Shown here in pieces: positions 53,934-62,668 of a DNA stretch of 64,000 bases. Under the pieces are notes generated by a model, which saw nothing but the letters and a program-made list of their open reading frames with translations, searched no databases and was not told the origin of the DNA. The DNA lies in IMG/VR virus record IMGVR_UViG_2061766007_000136. One strand, written 5' to 3'. Numbering within the stretch: the stretch's first letter is position 1; the number at the start of each line of letters is the position of its first letter. A program made the position numbers and the translations under genes. The DNA comes from an uncultured virus (IMG/VR IMGVR_UViG_2061766007_000136). Taxonomy: Duplodnaviria; Heunggongvirae; Uroviricota; Caudoviricetes.

Positions 53934-54533
53934 TTAGTTTTCCTCGTTCGGTTCTTCAGGAGTATTGTCCTGAGCCTTGATTTGCTCGAATCCGAGCTTG
54001 GTCAGGAAATCCGTAATCTGCTTGACATCCGTGACGATGTTGCATTCAAATGAAACAATCGCGTCAATCTTGATGCAGGACTTCTTGAAGTCGATGACGG
54101 CTTCACCGCAGTATTCGAATTCGGTATTGAATGTCGGGTTCATTTTGGCTTCGTCGCTCGCCACCCTGCTCGCAAGAAGCTCGCGGACTATTCCGAGGTC
54201 GTCCAGCGTCGAACCGTCGAGGTTGCCGAACACCGCCCAGCGCAACGCAAAACGGTAGTTGTTCCTTGTGGACGATGAAAGCTGTTTGTATGTCTTCTCG
54301 ATTCTGAATTCATCGGACGAAGCCGTGATGAGCGACGCAATCCTGTCCACCTTGGCGAAGCGAATCGTCCCGTTCTCATCTTTGATGGTCTTGATGCCAC
54401 GGTCGCACTTGTCGTATCCCTTCTCCATCTGCTTCATCATCCAGCTTCCGTCTTCCTTGTAGTCGGTCAACTTACCGCTACCAGCGTAAGGTGCGCACCC
54501 CACATCGGCTTTCTTTTCGAGTTTGTCATCCAT
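53934..54533 (-). CDS. Hypothetical protein
   Basis: RBS and ORF with internal VDRIASLITA motif. Confidence 0.6.
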   Translation of the reverse strand: MDDKLEKKADVGCAPYAGSGKLTDYKEDGSWMMKQMEKGYDKCDRGIKTIKDENGTIRFAKVDRIASLITASSDEFRIEKTYKQLSSSTRNNYRFALRWAVFGNLDGSTLDDLGIVRELLASRVASDEAKMNPTFNTEFEYCGEAVIDFKKSCIKIDAIVSFECNIVTDVKQITDFLTKLGFEQIKAQDNTPEEPNEEN

Positions 54534-54612
54534 TATATGTTCTCCTGTATGTATTCAAATTGACATATTATTCTACCCAGTAGGCGGTTTATAAATAAAA
54601 AGTGCATTTCCG

Positions 54613-54921
54613 TCAATGGATTATTCCGAAATCCGTGTGAAACGGAAATGGCGGAACAAAATAATAGCTTGGGAAAGGCGGATAAAACGAAGGCGACTGA
54701 GGGAACGGAGGTCTTGGAGGAAACGGCGGGGGTGGCGGAGGCTCCTTGACATACCTCTTCTCGAACACCCCGAAACCGATATGGAAGGTCGGCTCGGTTG
54801 ACATGTTGACCCCGACTCCTTTTACCGTCCATGTATTGTCGTGCTTCACGGCGTACCCGATGCACCCGTTGATGAAAAGCACGGACAATAGAAGAATGGC
54901 TGAAAAGATGGTGTTTTTCAT
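54613..54921 (-). CDS. Putative lipoprotein with Pro-rich tail
   Basis: Signal-like LLLSVLFINGC; PPPPPPFPPRPPFP. Confidence 0.5.
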   Translation of the reverse strand: MKNTIFSAILLLSVLFINGCIGYAVKHDNTWTVKGVGVNMSTEPTFHIGFGVFEKRYVKEPPPPPPFPPRPPFPQSPSFYPPFPSYYFVPPFPFHTDFGIIH

Positions 54922-55147
54922 TTTTTATTGATTGTCAGTTCTTTGTGCTTCTTGATATGCTCTATTGCGAGGTTGTTCGCCTTCAGCGATGTCGGCTGTG
55001 CCTTCGACGTGTAGATGACCTTCGCATCGTCGTCCGTCTCGTAAAGCACCACCGCGTAGTATCTGCAATCTTCCTTCTGATATGTCTTTATCGTATAATC
55101 GTCGCCGTAGAATCGGCATGACTTGAATTCATCTTTGTTCTTCATAC

Positions 55148-55906
55148 TCAATACCCCTTGTTTCTCCAAATGTAAACCACCCTGTTGATTAGCCTCTGGA
55201 CAGCCATGTTGACATTCTCCTCCGTCACCATGCCACCCTTGGCTTTAACGCTTTTCACCATCAGCTCGCGCCATTCCTCTATCGCGTCCAGCAACTCGTG
55301 GTCGATGTCGTTCTTGTAGTAGTTCCCGTCGTTCTTGTCAAAGTACGTGTCTATGCTTCCCTTGATGACGGAATCATATGAAAACGTATCCCACAGATAG
55401 TCGAATTCGTTTTCGTAATTGTCGAATGTAATGTACTTCACCCGCGCCTTGTCAGCCGTGTCGTCGTCCTTCGGAGGTTTCCGTGTGTCATACACCGCCA
55501 TCTCCTCGAAATCCGTCAGGATTGAAATCGGCTTCGCCATGTGCGTCGCATATTGCCTTAGCTGGAGGGCGTACTTGTCGGCATTCAGGATTTTGACGGA
55601 CGGGGGTTTCGCCTCGACATAAAACACAGGGCGACCGCCCATGCACAACGCATAGTCTGGATGCTTGACGACACCGCGTTCATTCGCCTTCGCCTCCATG
55701 ACGACTTCCTTGTACTTCGGGGCGACTCCGTTCTCATTGTTCACGTCCCAGTTCAAGGCAATCAGGAGCTTGTTGATGAATTCCGTTCTGCAATTCGCCT
55801 CAAGATACTCCTCCGACTTGTAGTAACGGAGATTCTTCCTGAACATGGCGACCAGCCCTTTCACCTGCTCGAACGCTTCTTCCTTCGTATGTCTTTCAAA
55901 TCCCAT
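55148..55906 (-). CDS. Stand-alone HsdR-N/type IIG-like PD-(D/E)XK endonuclease domain (apparently truncated)
   Basis: EANCRTEFI, LNWDV, PDYAL, VEAK, QLRQY, LTDFEE; ends shortly after VQRLINR. Confidence 0.75.
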   Translation of the reverse strand: MGFERHTKEEAFEQVKGLVAMFRKNLRYYKSEEYLEANCRTEFINKLLIALNWDVNNENGVAPKYKEVVMEAKANERGVVKHPDYALCMGGRPVFYVEAKPPSVKILNADKYALQLRQYATHMAKPISILTDFEEMAVYDTRKPPKDDDTADKARVKYITFDNYENEFDYLWDTFSYDSVIKGSIDTYFDKNDGNYYKNDIDHELLDAIEEWRELMVKSVKAKGGMVTEENVNMAVQRLINRVVYIWRNKGY

Positions 55907-55987
55907 ATCTATATAATCCTGTTATGCTCAAAATGTTTTACAACGTAATATATTATAGTTATAAATTTCAATGAAAATCAATGAAAT

Positions 55988-57176
55988 TTACTTTAATGGT
56001 GTTATCACCACTGGCGTACCACACACCTCTATCGGGTACTTTACTTTTCTATCAGAAGAAAAGGCTCTTTCTCCGACTACTTTTCTCATTATGTTTAAAC
56101 TTCCGTTCAAGTCTGCATTAATGAGTCTTCCTGTTTGACTTTTGAAAAGTCCTCTCTTTATTCTACTTCCAACATAAGCATCATGATGTCTAATTTCCTC
56201 AAAATCAACGAAGCTACATTTACTTGTATAAGATTCATTGATTTTCAAAACATTGATTCCCATCAATCTGCATTTGTAGAAAAGCATTTTAATGAACTTT
56301 TCAAATGGAATTGAAACAAAGTTCTGATTGTTTCTTCCACCGATGTTCACGTCTTGTTTCCATCCGTCATTCTTCCCTATGATTAGAGTATTGACATGAT
56401 TGGAAACTAGTTGATTCGTGATAAATCGGCTTGCCTTATGAAGATAATCAGAAATTTTATTATTTCTTTTCCTATTTAAAGATTTTGATTTGTTTGATTT
56501 TAAATTCTGTAATGTTGCCTTTTTCTTATTGTAAAACTGATTTATTGACTTCAATGGNNNNNNNNNNNNNNNNNNNNNNNNNNAAATTAAATGAAACAGT
56601 AGCAAGATTATTCACTCCCAAATCAATTGAAGCATATTTTCCATTGTCGTTTTTCAATAATGATTCATTTACTTCATAAATAATTTCAATTGACATAGTA
56701 TTCAGTGTAACTCGTGGAACAATTCTTACTTCTTTAATTTTCTGGATTTCAGGTCTTATTTTTATTACTTCATTGATTCCTGAAAGTTTTAAAATATTTT
56801 GCTTAAGCAATTTGCTTGAAATTGCCTGATTGGTAAAAACAGTTACATATCTTCCATCCTTTTCAAGATAACGTGGTATTTTAACCTTTCCATTCTTCAA
56901 TTTTAAAAGCCCGAAAAACGATTTGAAATTCTGGTCAGCCATCTTCATTGTCTGTTGACTTACTTTAGTAGGCAAAGCATAATAATCTGGATTCCTTGTC
57001 TGTATGAAAATTCCGTTTGAAGCAGAATAGTTCAAATACTTTCCAGTTTTGAAAAAGTGCTGTCTGATAGCATATAAAGAAGCATTATACAAGTTCTTGG
57101 ACAAAAAACAAAAATTATCCAATTCCTTATATAAGGCTGTCCCTTTATTCACTTGTATTGTTTCAGTCAATCTCAT
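55988..57176 (-). CDS. tnpB: IS607 TnpB RNA-guided nuclease (N gap inside)
   Basis: SKNLYN, ASIDLGVNNL, DYLHKAS, ESYTSKCS, NADLNGSLNI. Confidence 0.9.
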
Positions 57177-57747
57177 CTTTCTTTTTCAGTTCTTCAATCA
57201 ATTGCTCTGTTTTTCTTTTGCTTCTTCTCAATCCATACACTCTCGCACAAAAACTGGTAATTACACTTACGAAATCTTGAATCAAATCCTGCTTATCTTC
57301 AATTACTTCATTAACTATTTCAATATCTCGTCCTTGAGAATTGAGAAGTTTCTTGATGTAATTCACTCCGAATCTTGCCAGTCTATCTTTGTGTTCAACG
57401 ACAATCAAATCAATTGAACGGTCTGTCAATAAGCTCTCCAATTTTTTACGATTGTCATTCAAACCAGAGCCAATTTCCATCTCAATTCGACTGACCTTGT
57501 ATCCTTTCGCATTGCAAAAGGAAATCAATCTGTCTGCCTGGGATTGAAGATTTGACTTGTTTTCACTTGAACTCACTCTGGCATAAACTGCAACTTTCTT
57601 TTCGTGATTATCGTCAAAAACAATCCTTACTCGTCCAGTTGCAGTTCTCTCTATCTGGACTTCCCCTTTGCGTATCCAGTTCCAGACTGTCCTATTCGTG
57701 ACATTCTTCATTCTGGCGTATTCTGATATTTTGTACTGTTGCTTCAT
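57163..57747 (-). CDS. tnpA: IS607 transposase TnpA (HTH + serine recombinase)
   Basis: VYARVSS, EIGSGLN, EHKDRLARFG, SFCARVYG. Confidence 0.93.
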   Translation of the reverse strand: MKQQYKISEYARMKNVTNRTVWNWIRKGEVQIERTATGRVRIVFDDNHEKKVAVYARVSSSENKSNLQSQADRLISFCNAKGYKVSRIEMEIGSGLNDNRKKLESLLTDRSIDLIVVEHKDRLARFGVNYIKKLLNSQGRDIEIVNEVIEDKQDLIQDFVSVITSFCARVYGLRRSKRKTEQLIEELKKKDEID

Positions 57748-57913
57748 ACTAATTATATCCAATATAAACAAAAAGTGAAATTTTTCATTTGTTTTACATG
57801 AAAATTCATTAAAATCTAATATCTGTTATTATACTTTTCAATATGCCGTGATTTGTAAAATTCACTACATGAATCATATTAATATAAGCGATAAATCAAC
57901 AGGAGAAAACATT

Positions 57914-58570
57914 ATGAAAACGATGGTAAATGAAATACTGGGAAAATGCAATTGCAACTACAAAAGCGAGGACTTCAAGAAAGTCCCGAAAAGCGACACA
58001 TTCTTCTTCTGTACAATCGAGGAGGCGAAATACTTGCAGAACCAGATGCTCGGCACGGTCGCATACGACGACAAGATATTCAATGTATCAAGCTGGTTGC
58101 CGATGATTGAGGACAAAGCCTTGAACTGGGAAGACTCGTACTACATACACGCGGGACAAATTTCCGACCGCGAGATAGGCAAGTTCTGCCGTTCGGACAA
58201 GGGAGACAAAATCTGGTCTGGTCAAGTCATCAGGGACAAGGCTGATATCGAATTAATCAAAGCCCAAGTCCCTTCCGACACGCTCTTGTTCATCGCCCCG
58301 AAGACTCAGATTTCCCGCGAATGGCGCATCTGGATGACAAACGGAAAATGCATGGCTTCAGCTTCCTACGACAATCCGTTCTGCGAATACACGGAGGAAG
58401 GAGGCGAGGAAGATGGAGCAATCAAGTTCGCCTGCAAGCTCGCCGAAATGCTGTACGAGCCAGACGAACGCTATGNNNNNNNNNNCGAATACAACGCCTA
58501 CTCCACAAGCGGATTCTACGATGTCGATGTGGAAAAATTGCTGAAAAACACAATCGAAAATTTCAAGTAA
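57914..58570 (+). CDS. ATP-grasp (DUF4343/R2K-like) protein
   Basis: KIWSGQV, REWRIW, ASASY, EYNAYSTSGFY. Confidence 0.6.
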   Translation: MKTMVNEILGKCNCNYKSEDFKKVPKSDTFFFCTIEEAKYLQNQMLGTVAYDDKIFNVSSWLPMIEDKALNWEDSYYIHAGQISDREIGKFCRSDKGDKIWSGQVIRDKADIELIKAQVPSDTLLFIAPKTQISREWRIWMTNGKCMASASYDNPFCEYTEEGGEEDGAIKFACKLAEMLYEPDERYXXXXEYNAYSTSGFYDVDVEKLLKNTIENFK

Positions 58571-59552
58571 AATTTCTCATTGCGCTAGTTCCGACTTTCT
58601 CTTCTGATTTTTTTAAAATTCATGCCCTCGCCGTTGGCACCGCACACCTGCTCCATCCACGCGGGGCAGTTGTCGCACACCCACGACAGGTCGCAACTTT
58701 TGCACGGCTTCCCCTTTTTGACCTTGTTGAAGAGGTACACTTCGCCGTCAACCACGATTCCATCCAGATTCCCGTTCCTTTTCCTGCTCATCCTTCAGCC
58801 TCCGCCTGTCCATTCGTCTTCCAACTCTTTCGGGGTATGGAATCAGCACCCATACCATATATATAATATATGCCGTGAAACGGATTTTGCAAATCCAGCC
58901 ATCCGAAAAATCATGGCGCAATCGCCTCCGCGTCAAGCCCCCTGCTCGCGTCCCACGCTGCGCGGTACAGGAACCTGCACCCGTGCAACACGGACTCGTC
59001 CGCCACGCATTTCAGCCCTCCAGCCACCGTCGCCGCCTTCTCCATGAACCACTGGATGTCGTCGGCGGAGCCTTTCACCTCCAGATGGTCTAAGCATTCC
59101 AAGTAGTCTTGCTCCCGCCATGTCGTCAGCGTCAGCACCGACTCCTCCCCCTTCAGCAACGGGAACCTGAGCGTCACGTCGGCTCTACCCTCCCACAGGT
59201 CCCCGCTTCGGTACGTCCTCCCCTTCCTGCACAGCATGGACCGCTCCACCCTCACGTCGCCCGTGATTCCGTCCTTCTTCTCGAACGACAGGTCTGGCAA
59301 CATCCTCACGGCACCTTCCACCCCGTCCTCGGAGGAGCACTCCCCGTCCATCTTGGACATCAAGTAGTAGAACGCCCTCGCCGCGCCGTACACCCCGATG
59401 CAAATCCTGTCCTCGGCGAACCGAGGGATGGAGCACTCGTCCACCCCGCCCGCCTCGACCTTCACGTGGCACGGGCACATGCTCCCCACGACCACCTTCG
59501 ACTCGAACTTCATCATAATCCTTAAACTCCTTTTCAAACAAATTCCGCTTGC

Positions 59553-60071
59553 TCACGCCCTCTTCGGCACCGACTTGCCGAGGAAGCACCGCATCGCCGA
59601 CTCGAAGTCGTCGAACCCGTGGCACTCGCTCCCCACGACCTCATGCCTGTTGTGGTCATACGTGCTCGAATACACCGAGAACGCGAACTTCCCGCCGACG
59701 TTAAGCTCCGTCTTCCCCTCCCATCCGTCAATCCGCCTCCCGCTCCCGTCCACGCAGTTCCCCTCGTACTGGAACAGCGTCTTCGAGGTCGGGAACCACG
59801 TCATCATCGAACCGTAGTGGTTCTGGATGCCACAGATGTTATTCTTCCATACATCCGCGAACTCCCTGTATGTGCCGAAATTCAGGGTCGCCAGCAGCCT
59901 CAGACGCTTGTAGTCCCTGAGCCTATCGGACCCGTTTCGGCTCAAGTCCTCGCGTATCTGACGTATCCTCTCGTCCTCGATTCTCGGCAATACGTGCTTC
60001 CTGTGATGCCACCGCCTCACAGCCACCGCCATCCCCCTGAACCAATCGCGCACATTTTTCAAAATCTTCAT
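59553..60071 (-). CDS. Hypothetical protein (GC-rich segment)
   Basis: ORF with RBS; coding-like composition. Confidence 0.5.
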   Translation of the reverse strand: MKILKNVRDWFRGMAVAVRRWHHRKHVLPRIEDERIRQIREDLSRNGSDRLRDYKRLRLLATLNFGTYREFADVWKNNICGIQNHYGSMMTWFPTSKTLFQYEGNCVDGSGRRIDGWEGKTELNVGGKFAFSVYSSTYDHNRHEVVGSECHGFDDFESAMRCFLGKSVPKRA

Positions 60072-60262
60072 CGCTTGTGCCTCTTACTTTTCTTCCTTGA
60101 TTCTATCCAAACAAAAACTCCAAACAAGTCAGATTCTGAGAAACCGACCTTTTAGAAAAGCCCCGCCATTCGACAGGGCAACTTCCCTTAATATACACCA
60201 TCCAGAAGGAATTGCAAGAGGCACCAACAAAAAATCTTTAATTAAACTAATTCAATGAAAAC

Positions 60263-60303
60263 AAAAAAGCCCCTGTATGGAAACCGCCATACAGGGGCTT
60301 TTT
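60263..60303. terminator. Terminator closing the minus-strand tRNA/ncRNA island
   Basis: AAAAAAGCCCCTGTATGG/CCATACAGGGGCTTTTT. Confidence 0.85.
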
Positions 60304-60590
60304 ACTTTTAACAAGACAGAGTATGTTAGCACTGTTTGTTGAAAAGCAAATCTAATACACGGTGCAGACATGGCTGACTAGACCTTTCCTTTACCGTGTG
60401 GCTTCTGTGCCTTGATGCATTGGTTTGCATACGGCTTTCCACCGCCAAGGCAAGCATGAGGCACATGGTCGTCAACCTGATTTCACCGATTAGCCGAGCC
60501 AGTCCGACCACGGTTACATTCACCCCATGCTATTTGCGACTTTACTGTTCGCCGTCAGTCCAAGCAAGCCTGAGTAACTTGCCTAAAAGA

Positions 60591-60820
60591 AAAAGATGGT
60601 TGCAATGATTACGACTGGGTTTCGTAGGAGCACTTCATCGGGACTATATCGCTTCCTGTTCTCCCGCAGACTACTTCATGCCATTTGTTATTCCCCGTCT
60701 GCGGTCATACTCATCATGCAGTACATTGCAATATGGAGACCACGTATCTTTGGTACGTTGCGCCTTTCGGCGCATTTGGCGATGGCAACGCCTACTCTTT
60801 ACTCTTTTTTACCATCTTTT
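60591..60820 (-). ncRNA. Structured ncRNA, family B copy 1 (unknown class)
   Basis: Closed by AAAAGAUGGU/ACCAUCUUUU; shares motifs and covarying helices with 62974..63237. Confidence 0.7.
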
Positions 60821-60826
60821 GAAACT

Positions 60827-60903
60827 TGGTGGAGCTGGTGGGACTTGAACCCGCGACCCCCTGCATGCCATGCAGGTGCTCTAGCCAACTGAGCTACAAC
60901 CCC
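60827..60903 (-). tRNA. tRNA-Ala(GGC)
   Basis: Cloverleaf with G3:U70, CCTGC-AT GGC AT-GCAGG, A-CCA end. Confidence 0.95.
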
Positions 60904-60907
60904 ATTA

Positions 60908-61055
60908 AACAACTTGAACAAGCATACTGTTTTAACCACATAAACTACCGCTTGGCACTGTGTACCGCGCAGCCGCGATTCGAACACGGTTCTTCATGTC
61001 CAGTTGGTCGTCACCACAAGCTAGCATCGACAACGACACTGTAATCCAAGTTGTT
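60908..61055 (-). ncRNA. Permuted tRNA-like RNA, divergent copy (5)
   Basis: Terminal stem AACAACUUGGA/UUCAAGUUGUU then UU-ACAGUG; T arm CCGUG-UUCGAAU-CGCGG precedes a CAAGCGGUA D-loop-like segment. Confidence 0.6.
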
Positions 61056-61061
61056 CAAAAT

Positions 61062-61133
61062 TGGTAGCGGATTGCGAGTCGAACGCATTGGTCAGGTTAT
61101 GAGTCTGACTACCTCTCCGTAGGTGTATCCGCA
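61062..61133 (-). tRNA. Atypical tRNA with CAT anticodon (Met/fMet-like)
   Basis: GCGGAT/ATCCGC acceptor with 1:72 mismatch, CT CAT AA loop, TTCGACT T loop, A-CCA; short D arm. Confidence 0.7.
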
Positions 61134-61648
61134 ATCATAAAATCTTCTGTTTTTCAAAGAACACTAATTAATATGGCTCGCTTTTCTGAAAAGTCAAGCC
61201 GATTTGTCGAAAAATCCAGATTTTTCCCATCGTCCTGCTGTTACCAAGACAACAGGAAAAATCCAGAGGTGGCAATCGCCTCATCCACTATCGGCTTCCG
61301 CTTGCTCCCGCCAAGGTGGATTAGGGACGAGGTGGAACTCTCACTTACGGATAGCGTTGGCGACCGTCCTGCATGAATGCCGTCATGCACCAGCGAGCGT
61401 ACAATCTTCAATGAAAAACCCACTCAAAAGATTGATTCATGCTGGCTCGGCGATGTCTAGACAATGCCGAGGGTGTTTTGACCTCTTGCGAGGCATGATT
61501 TGAAAGAAAATCAAGACGCTGTTTTTTCTTTTTGCATGTTGCCATNNNNNNNNNNCCCACTCAAAAGATTGATTCATGCTGGCTCGGCGATGTCTAGACA
61601 AAGCCGAGGGTGTTTCGACCTCTTGCGAGGCGTGATTTGAAAGAAAAT

Positions 61649-61776
61649 CAAGACGCTGTTTTTTCTTTTTGCATGTTGCCATTACACCAAGTCTTCCTTT
61701 CGGTTGACTGCGGGATTCGAACCCGCATCTTTTCTTTAACAGAGAAATAAGAAGAAATAGTCGCTGTAAGCGTCTT
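61649..61776 (-). ncRNA. Permuted tRNA-like RNA copy 1
   Basis: AAGACGC-UU-ACAGCGA...GCGUCUUG; T arm GCGGG-UUCGAAU-CCCGC, GAAA-capped acceptor stem, then D arm; own promoter motif at 61794-61821. Confidence 0.8.
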
Positions 61777-61841
61777 TTTTAACTTACACTATTAATATGA
61801 TACGTTTTTCTGAAAAGTCAAGTCATATTGATGATTTTTTA

Positions 61842-61932
61842 TGGCGGAGGGTGAAGGATTCGAACCTTCGGTGCGCTTTCGCGACACGGCGACTTTCGAG
61901 GTCGCTACCATAAACCGCTCGGACAACCCTCC
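61842..61932 (-). tRNA. tRNA-Ser(CGA)
   Basis: GCGAC-CT CGA AA-GTCGC, long variable arm, G-CCA end. Confidence 0.95.
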
Positions 61933-61947
61933 ATCGGGAAAATCCTA

Positions 61948-62038
61948 TGGCGGAGGGTACAGGATTCGAACCTGTGAGCCATGTTTCAGACTATCGAGCT
62001 TCCAACTCGACGCAATAGACCAACTCTGCCAACCCTCC
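61948..62038 (-). tRNA. tRNA-Ser(GGA)
   Basis: TCGAG-TT GGA AG-CTCGA, long variable arm, G-CCA end. Confidence 0.95.
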
Positions 62039-62049
62039 ACTTTTAAAAA

Positions 62050-62176
62050 CAAGGCGCGTAATGTTTCATAATAGACGCTCTGACCAATCTGAGCTACCTC
62101 GTCTTTTCGGACGCAGGACGGGACTCGAACCCGCGACATTCTATGCCCATGAATGAATGTTTGCTGTAAACGCCTT
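62050..62176 (-). ncRNA. Permuted tRNA-like RNA copy 2
   Basis: AAGGCGU-UU-ACAGCAA...GCGCCUUG; AUAGA/UCUAU anticodon-like stem, T arm, looped acceptor stem, D arm UAGCUCAGAUUGGUCAGAGC. Confidence 0.88.
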
Positions 62177-62191
62177 AAAAATCTTATGCAA

Positions 62192-62269
62192 TGGCAGGAG
62201 CAACAGGATTCGAACCTATACCATGAGATTTGGAGTCACATATGCTAGCCATTGAAACACCATGCTCCT
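62192..62269 (-). tRNA. tRNA-Trp(CCA)
   Basis: AGGAGCA/TGCTCCT acceptor, CT CCA AA loop, G-CCA end. Confidence 0.92.
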
Positions 62270-62317
62270 GCTTGTCATACAATTAATATACACCGACTTT
62301 CTGAAAAGTCAAGTAAT

Positions 62318-62425
62318 CAAGACACGTTTTTTTCTTGCGTTAGACCGCTCCGCCAAGCCTTTGCAGGCTACGAGATTCGAACTCGTGTCATCTTCCAGAT
62401 GAGAATGATTTGCTGTCCGCGTCTT
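62318..62425 (-). ncRNA. Permuted tRNA-like RNA copy 3
   Basis: AAGACGC-GG-ACAGCAA...GUGUCUUG; ACGAG-UUCGAAU-CUCGU, AGCCU-GCAA-AGGCU, GCG-GAGCGGUCUAA-CGC. Confidence 0.85.
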
Positions 62426-62435
62426 ATTAAAAAAC

Positions 62436-62576
62436 CAAGGCACAGTTTTGTAATTGTCCTTCGTGTACGCCACACCACCTAGCCGTCCCTTTCGGGAGAC
62501 TGCGGGATTCGAACCCGCGAGTTGCTTTCGCATGCTAAAGGATTTCATCCAAATGTATATTTGCTGCGTGTGCCTT
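62436..62576 (-). ncRNA. Permuted tRNA-like RNA copy 4
   Basis: AAGGCAC-AC-GCAGCAA...GUGCCUUG; variable-arm-like UGC-GAAA-GCA, T arm, UCCC-GAAA-GGGA acceptor cap, D-arm-like hairpin, UCCUU/AAGGA stem. Confidence 0.85.
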
Positions 62577-62587
62577 TATGAAAATCA

Positions 62588-62665
62588 TGGTAGCGAAGGA
62601 GAGGGTCGAACTCTCAACAAATGGCTTCTAAGACCACCGCGTCTGCCAGATTGCGCCACTTCGCC
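62588..62665 (-). tRNA. tRNA-Leu(TAG), short variable loop
   Basis: GTGGT-CT TAG AA-GCCAT; 5-nt variable loop; A-CCA end. Confidence 0.88.
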
Positions 62666-62668
62666 ATC

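Larger units (their letters stand above)
55960..57830 (-). mobile_element. IS607-family insertion sequence (ends approximate)
   Basis: Serine recombinase overlapping tnpB; AT-rich; short ATGAAA(A)T repeats near both ends. Confidence 0.85.

Noticed and set aside
60591..60820. Hammerhead ribozyme call for ncRNA family B (UGAUGA...GAAA)
   Set aside because: CUGA is not conserved in both copies and no three-way junction with an NUH site is evident
60311..61640. tmRNA or RNase P RNA in the non-coding stretches
   Set aside because: No tmRNA Ala-type acceptor ends apart from the true tRNA-Ala, and no RNase P GAGGAAAGUCC-type motif seen
61419..61683. 127-nt direct repeat including an extra 3' end of permuted RNA copy 1
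   Set aside because: Flanks a 10-N gap; counted once, not as a sixth element
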